A stretch of DNA of 64,000 bases from contig JASEGS010000002.1 of the NCBI GenBank assembly GCA_030017995.1, forward strand, positions 21,463 through 85,462, given 5' to 3'. The translations under genes and the position numbers were made by a program. This document shows, in pieces, positions 48,660 through 56,689 of this stretch. This DNA comes from Thermodesulfovibrionales bacterium. GTDB taxonomy: Bacteria > Nitrospirota > Thermodesulfovibrionia > Thermodesulfovibrionales > Dissulfurispiraceae. The notes below the pieces were generated by a model. It was not told the origin of the DNA, ran no database searches, and worked only from the letters and a program-made list of their open reading frames with translations. Numbering within the stretch: the stretch's first letter is position 1; each line of letters begins with the position of its first letter.

Positions 48660-49833
48660 GTTCAACAGAATAAAAAGACTGCCGCCTTATGTATTCGCCA
48701 TAGTAAACAGCCTGAAGATGGAATACAGGAGAATGGGCGAGGATATTATTGACCTCGGCATGGGAAATCCGGATATGCCCGCGCCAAAGCACGTCATAGA
48801 CAAACTCTGCGAGGCCGCGCAGAATCCCAAGAATCACAGGTATTCGGCGTCGAAGGGAATAACCCAGTTAAGGGTCGCGATAACCGAATGGTATAAGAGG
48901 AGATACGATGTTGATCTCGATCCCGAATCGGAGACTGTTGTTACTATAGGATCGAAGGAAGGGCTTTCCCATTTAGCGCTCGCTACAGTGCAGCCCGGAG
49001 ATGTAGTCATGACGCCGACTCCAGCGTATCCCATACATCCGTACAGCGTGATCATCGCAGGTGGCGAGGTTACGAGCATTCCCATCGGCCCGGGCCTCGA
49101 TTTCTTCGCGGAGATGGAAAAGGCATTTAAAAAGACATGGCCGAGACCTAAGATGCTGATAATAAATTTTCCGCATAACCCAACGACTCAGGTTGTTGAC
49201 GGCCTCGATTTCTTCACAAAAGTGGTGGACTTCGCGAAAGAAAATAATATCATCGTCATTCACGACTTTGCATACGCAGACCTATGTTTCGAGGATTACA
49301 GTCCACCGAGCTTTTTGCAGGTGCCGGGGGCGAAGGATGTGGGAGTCGAGTTTTTCTCTCTGACAAAGAGTTATTCAATGGCAGGATGGAGGGTCGGCTT
49401 CTGCTGCGGGAATAAGGATGTCGTAGGCGCTTTGATAAAGATAAAGAGCTATCTCGATTACGGTATGTTCCAGCCGATCCAGATCGCGAGCATAGTCGCG
49501 CTGAGAGGGCCGCAGGACTGCGTTGAAGATTTCAGAAAGATATACGAATCTCGCAGGAATGTATTGATAAAGGGATTAAACAACGCGGGCTGGAAGATAG
49601 AGCCTCCCAAGGCGACAATGTTCATATGGGCGGAGATTCCGGAGCAGTTCAAAAAAATGGGCTCGCTCGAATTCGCGAAATTCCTGATCAAAGAGGCTAA
49701 GGTTGCGGTATCTCCGGGAATAGGCTTTGGAGAGGGCGGAGACAATTATGTGAGGTTCGCGCTTGTCGAAAACGAGCACAGGATAAGGCAGGCAACACAG
49801 GGGATAAAAAAGGTTTTAAGCGGCAGCCTATAA
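48652..49833 (+). CDS. class I/II pyridoxal-phosphate aminotransferase (AlaA/AspC-like)
   Basis: Start at ATG 48652 after GGAGGAG ([15 protein letters not shown]). NPTT and [14 protein letters not shown] (PLP lysine). Confidence 0.88.
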   Translation: MFEFNRIKRLPPYVFAIVNSLKMEYRRMGEDIIDLGMGNPDMPAPKHVIDKLCEAAQNPKNHRYSASKGITQLRVAITEWYKRRYDVDLDPESETVVTIGSKEGLSHLALATVQPGDVVMTPTPAYPIHPYSVIIAGGEVTSIPIGPGLDFFAEMEKAFKKTWPRPKMLIINFPHNPTTQVVDGLDFFTKVVDFAKENNIIVIHDFAYADLCFEDYSPPSFLQVPGAKDVGVEFFSLTKSYSMAGWRVGFCCGNKDVVGALIKIKSYLDYGMFQPIQIASIVALRGPQDCVEDFRKIYESRRNVLIKGLNNAGWKIEPPKATMFIWAEIPEQFKKMGSLEFAKFLIKEAKVAVSPGIGFGEGGDNYVRFALVENEHRIRQATQGIKKVLSGSL

Positions 49834-49847
49834 AAAGGATAAGGGAT

Positions 49848-51149
49848 ATGGAGAAAAATAAAATCAATGTAGGGATAATAGGATTCGGCACTGTCGGCAC
49901 AGGCGCTGCAAAGATATTGCTTGAAAACTCCGGAGTCATTAAAAAACGCACAGGAATTGATTTTGTCTTAAAGCGTATCGCAGACCTCGACATAAAAAGG
50001 GACAGAGGAATCAAGATTCCCCAAGGCGTTCTTACGACCGACGCAAACGCGATTCTTAATGATCCTGAGATAGACATAATTGTAGAGCTTATGGGTGGTA
50101 TCCGTCCTGCGAAGGACTTCATGCTCAATGCAATAAAAAACAAAAAGCATGTTGTTACCGCGAACAAGGCCCTTCTTGCGACAGAGGGAAATGAGATATT
50201 CGGCGAGGCTGAAAAGAACGGAGTCGAAGTAGGGTTTGAGGCGTCTGTTGCAGGAGGTATTCCGATAATAAAGGTCTTGAGGGAAGGGCTGGTTGCAAAC
50301 AATATAATAGCTGTTTACGGGATCATCAACGGCACATCCAATTATATTCTTACAAAGATGACGGATGAAAAGGTCGAATTCTCGGATGCGCTGAAGGAGG
50401 CGCAGAGGCTCGGCTATGCAGAGGCTGATCCTACATTCGACATAGAAGGCATTGACACAGCGCACAAACTTACAATCCTTTCGTCACTCGCTTACGGGAT
50501 TCCGCTTTCTTATAATGAGGTTTACAAAGAAGGCATTACAAAGATAACTGCTCAGGATATAGAATTCGCATCAGAGCTCGGCTATAAGATAAAACTGCTT
50601 GCGATAACAAAGCTGTCTAACGGAGCAATAGAGATGCGGGTGCACCCTACGATGATACCGAATGAATATCTGATCTCAAAGGTTGACGGAGTTTTTAATG
50701 CGGTTTATGTAGAAGGAGACACTGTTGGCTCGACCCTCTATTATGGAAGAGGAGCCGGAGATATGCCCACAGGAAGCGCTGTTGTAGCTGACATCGTTGA
50801 CATAGGGAAAAATATAGCGGCAGGTACCGTGCAGTCTGGATTAAGGATGCAGGATTCAGGACTCAGGATAAAGAAGATGGAAGACATAGAGAGCATGTAC
50901 TATTTCAGATTTTCAGCGATGGATGAACCGGGCGTGCTTTCAAAGATTTCCGGAATACTTGGCAATTACAATATAAGCATTGCGTCAGTTATTCAGAAAG
51001 GCAGGAGGCTTGGGGGCTCTGTCCCTCTTGTGGTTCTCACGCATACTGCAAAGGAGAGAGATGTGCTCAGCGCCGTGAAGGAGATAGATAACCTTCATAT
51101 TGTCTCTGACAAGACAATTTTTATAAGGGTGGAAGGCAAGGAAGAATAA
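49848..51149 (+). CDS. hom: homoserine dehydrogenase
   Basis: 433 aa. GIIGFGTVGTG NAD fold. Catalytic domain. C-terminal ACT domain. Confidence 0.93.
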   Translation: MEKNKINVGIIGFGTVGTGAAKILLENSGVIKKRTGIDFVLKRIADLDIKRDRGIKIPQGVLTTDANAILNDPEIDIIVELMGGIRPAKDFMLNAIKNKKHVVTANKALLATEGNEIFGEAEKNGVEVGFEASVAGGIPIIKVLREGLVANNIIAVYGIINGTSNYILTKMTDEKVEFSDALKEAQRLGYAEADPTFDIEGIDTAHKLTILSSLAYGIPLSYNEVYKEGITKITAQDIEFASELGYKIKLLAITKLSNGAIEMRVHPTMIPNEYLISKVDGVFNAVYVEGDTVGSTLYYGRGAGDMPTGSAVVADIVDIGKNIAAGTVQSGLRMQDSGLRIKKMEDIESMYYFRFSAMDEPGVLSKISGILGNYNISIASVIQKGRRLGGSVPLVVLTHTAKERDVLSAVKEIDNLHIVSDKTIFIRVEGKEE

Positions 51150-51150
51150 T

Positions 51151-51408
51151 ATGGGAGATGTAAAGCCAGACATTAAGATAGACAAAAAGATAAATATCAA
51201 GGGGCTTGTATGCCCCTATACATTTGTCAAAGCCAAGCTTGCAGTAGAAGATATGGAAGTTGGAGAGACGCTTGAGATACTTTTAGATTACGAAGAGGCA
51301 TCGAGGAGCATACCTAAGTCAATGGAAGACCATGGACAGAAGGTTCTTAAAGTTGAAAAGATAAATGACACTGACTGGATTATCCTCATTAAGAAGGAGA
51401 AGGAATAA
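51151..51408 (+). CDS. TusA/SirA-like sulfurtransferase
   Basis: 85 aa. GLVCPYTFVKAKLAVEDM matches the CPxP-type active-site Cys motif of the TusA family. Confidence 0.8.
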   Translation: MGDVKPDIKIDKKINIKGLVCPYTFVKAKLAVEDMEVGETLEILLDYEEASRSIPKSMEDHGQKVLKVEKINDTDWIILIKKEKE

Positions 51409-52209
51409 GTGGAATTCACAGAGGATCAGTTGCAGCGGTACAGCCGCCATATAATACTGCCAGAGGTAGGAGGAAAGGGGCAAAAAAAGATACTCAATGC
51501 AAAGGTGTTTATTGTGGGAGCCGGAGGCCTCGGATGCCCTGTGGGATATTACCTTGCTGCTGCCGGCATTGGAACAATTGGCATTATAGACAACGACACC
51601 ATTGAATTGAGCAATCTCCAGAGGCAGATAGCGCATAATACAGAGCGGCTCGGCATGCTTAAGATAGAGTCCGCAAAAAAAACCTTCGAGTCATTGAATC
51701 CGGATGTAAAAGTTATAGGCACAAAAGAGAGGATTTCAAAGGACAATATAAAAGACCTGATAAAGGACTATGACATTGTTGTTGACGGAAGCGACAATTT
51801 CCCTACGAGATACCTTGTCAATGACGCTTGCGTAATGATGAAAAAGCCCCTTGTAAGCGGTGCAATCCTGAAATTTGAGGGACAGGTTACGACGATCCTT
51901 CCGGGCGAAGGACATTGCTATCGCTGTCTCTTTGAAGAGATGCCTCCGGCAGGTCTTGTGCCTTCATGTCAGGAGGCAGGGGTTCTCGGAGCAATAACTG
52001 GAGTCGTCGGCGCTCTTCAGGCAACAGAGGTCTTGAAGCTGATACTCGGAAAGGGCGAGCCGTTAAAGAACACGCTTTTGATATACGACGCGTTGAGGGT
52101 GAATTTCAGACGCGTGAAGGTTCCCAAGAATCCAGACTGTCCGGTATGCGGAGCTCATCCCACTATCACAGAACTGCAGGACTACGACGCAGGATATTGC
52201 AGGATATAG
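51409..52209 (+). CDS. ThiF/MoeB-family E1-like adenylyltransferase
   Basis: 266 aa. RYSRHIILPEVG, GAGGLG nucleotide loop. Two CxxC pairs (CYRC, CPVC). No rhodanese domain. GTG start. Confidence 0.88.
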   Translation: MEFTEDQLQRYSRHIILPEVGGKGQKKILNAKVFIVGAGGLGCPVGYYLAAAGIGTIGIIDNDTIELSNLQRQIAHNTERLGMLKIESAKKTFESLNPDVKVIGTKERISKDNIKDLIKDYDIVVDGSDNFPTRYLVNDACVMMKKPLVSGAILKFEGQVTTILPGEGHCYRCLFEEMPPAGLVPSCQEAGVLGAITGVVGALQATEVLKLILGKGEPLKNTLLIYDALRVNFRRVKVPKNPDCPVCGAHPTITELQDYDAGYCRI

Positions 52210-52247
52210 CTTTGGTTTTAGAAATAACCGGATGTTTGCAATTTTTA

Positions 52248-52256
52248 TGTTATAAT
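52248..52256 (+). promoter_or_regulatory. extended -10 element ahead of the inserted small ORF
   Basis: TGtTATAAT at 52248..52256. No good -35. Confidence 0.3.
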
Positions 52257-52307
52257 TCAAGTATCCGCAATGGATAAAGAATATTTTTTAGAACTCGGCA
52301 TTGAGCT

Positions 52308-52586
52308 ATGGTTTATGTTTATTTCGCTGCCGAAAAGGGCGAAATAAAAGGCTTTGTCGTTAAGCTGTTATGCGAGTTTGAGGGCGAATGGCATGAAGTT
52401 CTCAGATATGACAGCGGCCATGACTGCCCGCATAAAGATATTCTCGATATCAAGGGGGCTGTTATTAGAAAGATATGGTATGAGTATCTCGATAACAGTC
52501 AGGCATTAACAATGGCGATAACAGAGATAAAAGGAAGCTATGAGTTTTACAAAGAGAGGTATATGAAATGGCTAAAAAGAAACTGA
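52308..52586 (+). CDS. hypothetical protein (92 aa)
   Basis: The only sizeable ORF in the gap between the E1-like and JAMM genes. No family recognised. Confidence 0.4.
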   Translation: MVYVYFAAEKGEIKGFVVKLLCEFEGEWHEVLRYDSGHDCPHKDILDIKGAVIRKIWYEYLDNSQALTMAITEIKGSYEFYKERYMKWLKRN

Positions 52587-52782
52587 AAGAAAAGGAAATA
52601 TTGGAAGTACTCAAAAACGAAGGTTTTCAGGAAGTCGGTGCAGTCCAAAAAAAGTCAGGGTGGTATAAAAAGGCATCAAAAAGGCCGGCTTGTTTGACAG
52701 GTAAGTTGCATAAAATACAAGTCTCATAGTTGAGAGCCCTTTCCCGATGGCGGATGACTCTTTAATAGGAGGAGATAGTAGG

Positions 52783-52875
52783 AGGTCTTTACTTTTGCTA
52801 TTTTATTTATATATCAAAGCAATCAGTGTTCTTCAGATCAGTTTCTCAGTAAAATTACAGCAAAAATAAAGACCT
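52783..52875. repeat. 17-bp inverted repeat pair bounding an AT-rich 59-nt segment
   Basis: AGGTCTTTACTTTTGCT (52783..52799) versus AGCAAAAATAAAGACCT (52859..52875), 16 of 17 complementary. Confidence 0.6.
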
Positions 52876-52907
52876 GACCCCATTGCCCTGCCCTGACCCC
52901 ATTGCCC
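52874..52907 (+). repeat. 15-nt direct repeat x2
   Basis: CTGACCCCATTGCCC at 52874..52888 and 52893..52907. Confidence 0.8.
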
Positions 52908-52940
52908 AGGGGATGTGTCCCTATTTTAAGCTGGGCGCGT

Positions 52941-53348
52941 ATGATAGATAAGTTTATGATTATACCTCAATACATCTTTCACGAGATGCTTGCTCATTGC
53001 AGGGCCGGCTATCCCAACGAAGCGTGCGGCATTCTTGCGGGCAAGTGCAATGAAGTCTCGAGGATTTATAAAATGACCAACACAGAGAAATCTTCTGTGA
53101 ACTACTTCATGGATTCAAAGGAGCAGTTTCAGGTCATGAAAGATATAAGAGCGAACAATATCAAAATGCTTGCTATTTTTCACTCTCATCCCTCCTCAGC
53201 AGCATATCCGTCTGCAAAGGATATAAGCCTCGCTTTCTATGAAGATTCTGTTTATATCATAGTAAGCCTTATGGATAAAGAGCCTGTGACGAAGGCCTTT
53301 TCTATAAAAGGGGGAGATATAAAAGAGGTAGAGGTTGTGGTAAAGTAG
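52941..53348 (+). CDS. JAMM/MPN+ metalloprotease (Mov34 family)
   Basis: EACGILAG and HSHPSSAAYPSAKD (JAMM H-x-H-x7-S-x2-D). Start at 52941 or 52956; the tracked start at 52902 lies in repeat DNA. Confidence 0.85.
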   Translation: MIDKFMIIPQYIFHEMLAHCRAGYPNEACGILAGKCNEVSRIYKMTNTEKSSVNYFMDSKEQFQVMKDIRANNIKMLAIFHSHPSSAAYPSAKDISLAFYEDSVYIIVSLMDKEPVTKAFSIKGGDIKEVEVVVK

Positions 53349-53414
53349 TTTAATTTTATGTCATGGTTAGAGTAAAATATCTTTTTATTTCAGAAGGCTC
53401 GTGAGGAGGTGCTT

Positions 53415-54650
53415 ATGGGATATGTGAACGGACTTAAATGCAGAGAGTGCGGCAGGGAGTATCCTGTTGATCCTATATATGTCTGCGAATTTTGCTTTGG
53501 CCCGCTGGAAGCGGTGTATGACTATAAGAATATAAAGAGGGTTCTCACAAGGAAAAGCATAGAGAAAAGGGAGAAGAACCTCTGGCGTTATAAAGAGCTT
53601 TTGCCCATAGACGGGGAGCCGCAGGTGGGCTTGAAGTCTGGCTTTACGCCGCTGATCAAGGCGGATAACCTTGCGAAGGTTCTCGGAATAAAAGAGCTGT
53701 ACATTAAGGACGATACGGTCGCTCATCCTACTCTCTCTTTTAAAGACAGGGTCGTTGCAGTTGCCTTTACAAAAGCAAAGGAGTTCGGATTTGACACTGT
53801 TGCGTGCGCATCCACCGGAAATCTTGCACATTCAGTTTCAGCGCAAGGAGCAAAGGCCGGATTCAAAAGATTTGTTTTTATCCCCGCCACTCTGGAGCAG
53901 AGTAAGATAGTCGCTTCACTTGTTTACGAGCCGAATCTGATCGCGGTTGACGGAAATTATGATGAGGTCAACAGGCTTTGCAGCGAAATAGCTAATAAAT
54001 ACAAGTGGGCATTCGTGAATATAAACATCAGGCCGTTTTATGCAGAGGGATCCAAGACTATGGGGTTTGAGATTACAGAGCAGCTCGGATGGGAATCGCC
54101 GGACAATGTTGTAGTGCCGTGCGCGAGCGGCTCCCTGCTTACTAAGGTATGGAAAGCATTTAAGGAATTCAAGGAAATAGGCATATTAAAAGAGCTTAAA
54201 ACAAAGGTATTTGCGGCGCAGGCTACAGGCTGCTCGCCGATATCAGCTGCCATAAAGAGCGGGACTGATGTTATAAAGCCTGTCAAACCAGATACTGTTG
54301 CAAAGTCGCTTGCCATAGGCAATCCTGCTGACGGCTTTTATGCGACTCAAGTTGTTAGAGAGACCGGAGGATATGGCGAGGATGTTTCAGACGATGAGAT
54401 CATAGAGGCTATGAAACTGCTTGCAAAGACAGAAGGCATATTTGCGGAGACTGCTGGCGGGGTAACCATAGCGACTACCATAAAACTGATAGAACAGGGC
54501 AAAATAGGCGGGAACGAAACCACAGTGGCATGCATTACAGGAAATGGCCTTAAGACACAGGAGGCGCTTTTAGGGCATACTGCAGAGGTGCATCATATAA
54601 AACCTAATATGAATGCGTTTGAAGAGATACTTGAAAAAATTGCAGATTGA
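53415..54650 (+). CDS. threonine synthase-like PLP enzyme with N-terminal zinc ribbon (MetM-like candidate)
   Basis: ATG 5 nt after GGAGG. CRECG...CEFCFG ribbon. PLP lysine motif PTLSFKDR. Second ThrC-family gene in the window, directly followed by a ThiS/MoaD-like gene. Confidence 0.85.
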   Translation: MGYVNGLKCRECGREYPVDPIYVCEFCFGPLEAVYDYKNIKRVLTRKSIEKREKNLWRYKELLPIDGEPQVGLKSGFTPLIKADNLAKVLGIKELYIKDDTVAHPTLSFKDRVVAVAFTKAKEFGFDTVACASTGNLAHSVSAQGAKAGFKRFVFIPATLEQSKIVASLVYEPNLIAVDGNYDEVNRLCSEIANKYKWAFVNINIRPFYAEGSKTMGFEITEQLGWESPDNVVVPCASGSLLTKVWKAFKEFKEIGILKELKTKVFAAQATGCSPISAAIKSGTDVIKPVKPDTVAKSLAIGNPADGFYATQVVRETGGYGEDVSDDEIIEAMKLLAKTEGIFAETAGGVTIATTIKLIEQGKIGGNETTVACITGNGLKTQEALLGHTAEVHHIKPNMNAFEEILEKIAD

Positions 54651-54702
54651 TGATTTTAGATTGCAGATTTTTTCAATCATAAATCATAAGTCTTAAATCT
54701 GA
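54640..54702. repeat. heptad-phased palindrome spanning the stop codon of the ThrC-like gene
   Basis: TTGCAGA TTGATGA TTTTAGA TTGCAGA TTTTTTC AATCATA AATCATA AGTCTTA AATCTGA. Confidence 0.8.
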
Positions 54703-54725
54703 AATTGGGAATGGGAGGTGATAAT

Positions 54726-55007
54726 ATGGCTGTAAAGATAAGAATTCCGACACCGCTTCAGAGAATGACTCAGGGAAAGGAAGAGGTCGAAGGCAAGGCC
54801 GGGACTGTGATTGATCTTATTAATGACCTCGATGCCAAATATCCGGGCATTGCCGAAAGAATATCCGAAGGCGGAAAGGTCAGAAGATTCGTGAATATTT
54901 ATGTGAATGAAGAGGATATAAGATTTTTACAAGCAGAGCAGACGCCGGTGAAAGACGGGGATGAGGTTTCCATTATCCCTGCAATAGCCGGAGGCAGTAT
55001 TATTTAG
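54726..55007 (+). CDS. ThiS/MoaD-family sulfur-carrier protein with a C-terminal extension after Gly-Gly
   Basis: ATG 7 nt after GGGAGG. 93 aa beta-grasp size. Ends ...VSIIPAIAGG-SII. Confidence 0.8.
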   Translation: MAVKIRIPTPLQRMTQGKEEVEGKAGTVIDLINDLDAKYPGIAERISEGGKVRRFVNIYVNEEDIRFLQAEQTPVKDGDEVSIIPAIAGGSII

Positions 55008-55063
55008 ACACGGAGAAGGGGTGACACGGAGAAGGGGTGAATGTCTCCGCATCTCCGCTTCCC
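55007..55063. repeat. 16-nt direct repeat x2 followed by its partial complement
   Basis: GACACGGAGAAGGGGT x2 (55007..55038), then TCTCCGCA TCTCCGCT TCCC. Confidence 0.8.
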
Positions 55064-55080
55064 AGAAAATGGAGGTTTTT

Positions 55081-55317
55081 ATGAAAATGCGGGTTAAATT
55101 AACTTTTCCCCAACATCTTATTAAAGAGCCTGTGTTATTTACCATGGCAAAAAAGTTTGATGTGATGCCCAATATAAGAAGGGCAAGGGTAACAGATACT
55201 GTCGGAGAGATGGTGCTTGAACTTGAGGGAGAAGAGGATAACCTCAAAAAGGGCATGCAAACCCTGAAGGACCATGGCATAGAGGTCGAACTGATAGAAG
55301 GAGACGTAATAGAGTGA
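55081..55317 (+). CDS. stand-alone NIL domain protein
   Basis: ATG 5 nt after GGAGG. 78 aa. MKMRVKLTFPQHLIKEPVLFTMAKKFDVMPNIRRARV... resembles the NIL (MetN C-terminal-like) fold. Confidence 0.7.
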   Translation: MKMRVKLTFPQHLIKEPVLFTMAKKFDVMPNIRRARVTDTVGEMVLELEGEEDNLKKGMQTLKDHGIEVELIEGDVIE

Positions 55318-55422
55318 ATGAGTTAATGGGTTAAAGAGTTAATATGCAGTGAATAAAATTATTTTTTGTATTTTTATAACTCATATACCCATCCGCTCAT
55401 ATGCGCATTAACTAATTCAACG
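55312..55422. repeat. octad-phased palindrome filling the NIL-thrC spacer
   Basis: Left GAGTGAAT GAGTTAAT GGGTTAAA GAGTTAAT. Right TATAACTC ATATACCC ATCCGCTC ATATGCGC ATTAACTA. Confidence 0.8.
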
Positions 55423-55430
55423 GAGAACTT

Positions 55431-56534
55431 ATGGACATTGGAGAGTGTAATAGTTCGAGAATTATTTGGAAGGGGATTATTGAAGAATATAGAGAATTCT
55501 TTCCCGTTAGTGACAAAACACCGGTTGTAACTCTATCTGAAGGAAACACGCCTTTTATAAAGGCAGTTAATCTGCCGCAGAAGTTAGGCATTGATATTGA
55601 TTTATACCTTAAATTTGACGGCGCCAATCCCACTGGTTCTTTTAAGGACAGGGGGATGACTTTAGCCATCTCCAAGGCTGTTGAGTCAGGTTCAAAAGCG
55701 GTTATATGTGCATCAACTGGCAATACGTCTGCTTCTGCAGCAGCCTATGCAGCACGGGCAGGAATAAAGGCAATTGTTGTTATCCCAGAGGGCAAGATAG
55801 CAATGGGGAAGCTTGCTCAGGCGCTGGTGCATGGCGCCTATGTATTGCAGATTGATGGTAATTTTGATGTTGCTTTTAAAATGGTAAGAGAGGTGGTGGA
55901 GCAATATCCTATAACCCTCGTTAATTCTTTAAATCCCTTTAGGATAGAAGGGCAGAAGTCAGCAGCTTTTGAGGTCTGTGATCAGCTTGGATGCGCCCCG
56001 GTTTATCATGCGCTGCCAGTAGGCAATGCAGGGAACATCACAGCTTATTGGAAGGGATATAAGGAATATAGGAACGCTGGAGTAATTCAAAGACTGCCGA
56101 AGATGCTCGGCTTTCAGGCAGCAGGCGCTGCTCCTATAGTTTTTGGGCACCCAGTGGAAAAACCTGAGACTATTGCAACTGCCATCAGAATTGGAAATCC
56201 TGCAAGTTGGAAAGGGGCGGTCTCTGCGAGGGATGAATCAGGAGGCCGTATAGATGCAGTAACTGATGATGAAATATTAAGTGCGTACAAGCTCATAGCA
56301 ACATCTGAAGGGATATTCTGCGAGCCTGCATCAGCAGCATCTGTGGCAGGTGTTATAAAATTATATAAGGAAAGTTATTTTGAAAAGGCCAGAGAAGATG
56401 AAAGGACAATTGTATGCACTTTAACAGGCAATGGTCTTAAAGACCCTGATACAGTATTTAAGGTTGCTGACGGTGCAATAAAGGTTAAAGCGGAATTCAA
56501 TGAGGTAAGAAAGATAATAGAGAGGATACTGTAA
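55431..56534 (+). CDS. thrC: threonine synthase
   Basis: 367 aa. [17 protein letters not shown]-lysine motif. Short ThrC type. Confidence 0.93.
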   Translation: MDIGECNSSRIIWKGIIEEYREFFPVSDKTPVVTLSEGNTPFIKAVNLPQKLGIDIDLYLKFDGANPTGSFKDRGMTLAISKAVESGSKAVICASTGNTSASAAAYAARAGIKAIVVIPEGKIAMGKLAQALVHGAYVLQIDGNFDVAFKMVREVVEQYPITLVNSLNPFRIEGQKSAAFEVCDQLGCAPVYHALPVGNAGNITAYWKGYKEYRNAGVIQRLPKMLGFQAAGAAPIVFGHPVEKPETIATAIRIGNPASWKGAVSARDESGGRIDAVTDDEILSAYKLIATSEGIFCEPASAASVAGVIKLYKESYFEKAREDERTIVCTLTGNGLKDPDTVFKVADGAIKVKAEFNEVRKIIERIL

Positions 56535-56543
56535 AAAAGCACA

Positions 56544-56667
56544 TGCCGACAAGTCGGCACAAAGGGTAATAAAAATGTCATTGCCCGGCTTGACCGGGCA
56601 ATCCAGAAGAAAAAACTGGATTCCCCGATTAAGCCTGTCCTCTGACTTGATCAGGGGATCGGGGAAT
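56544..56667. repeat. cluster of four consecutive perfect hairpins
   Basis: TGCCGAC/GTCGGCA, ATTGCCCGG/CCGGGCAAT, TCCAG/CTGGA, ATTCCCCGAT/ATCGGGGAAT. Confidence 0.7.
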
Positions 56668-56689
56668 GACGGATTAGGAGTATTTTAAG

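Noticed and set aside
49697-50302. 201-aa minus-strand ORF
   Set aside because: It lies entirely antisense to the aminotransferase 3' end and homoserine dehydrogenase. Its Ser/Pro/Ala-rich composition is typical of a shadow frame, and it has no motif.
53385-53831. 148-aa minus-strand ORF
   Set aside because: It is antisense to the well-supported ThrC-like gene. This is a shadow ORF.
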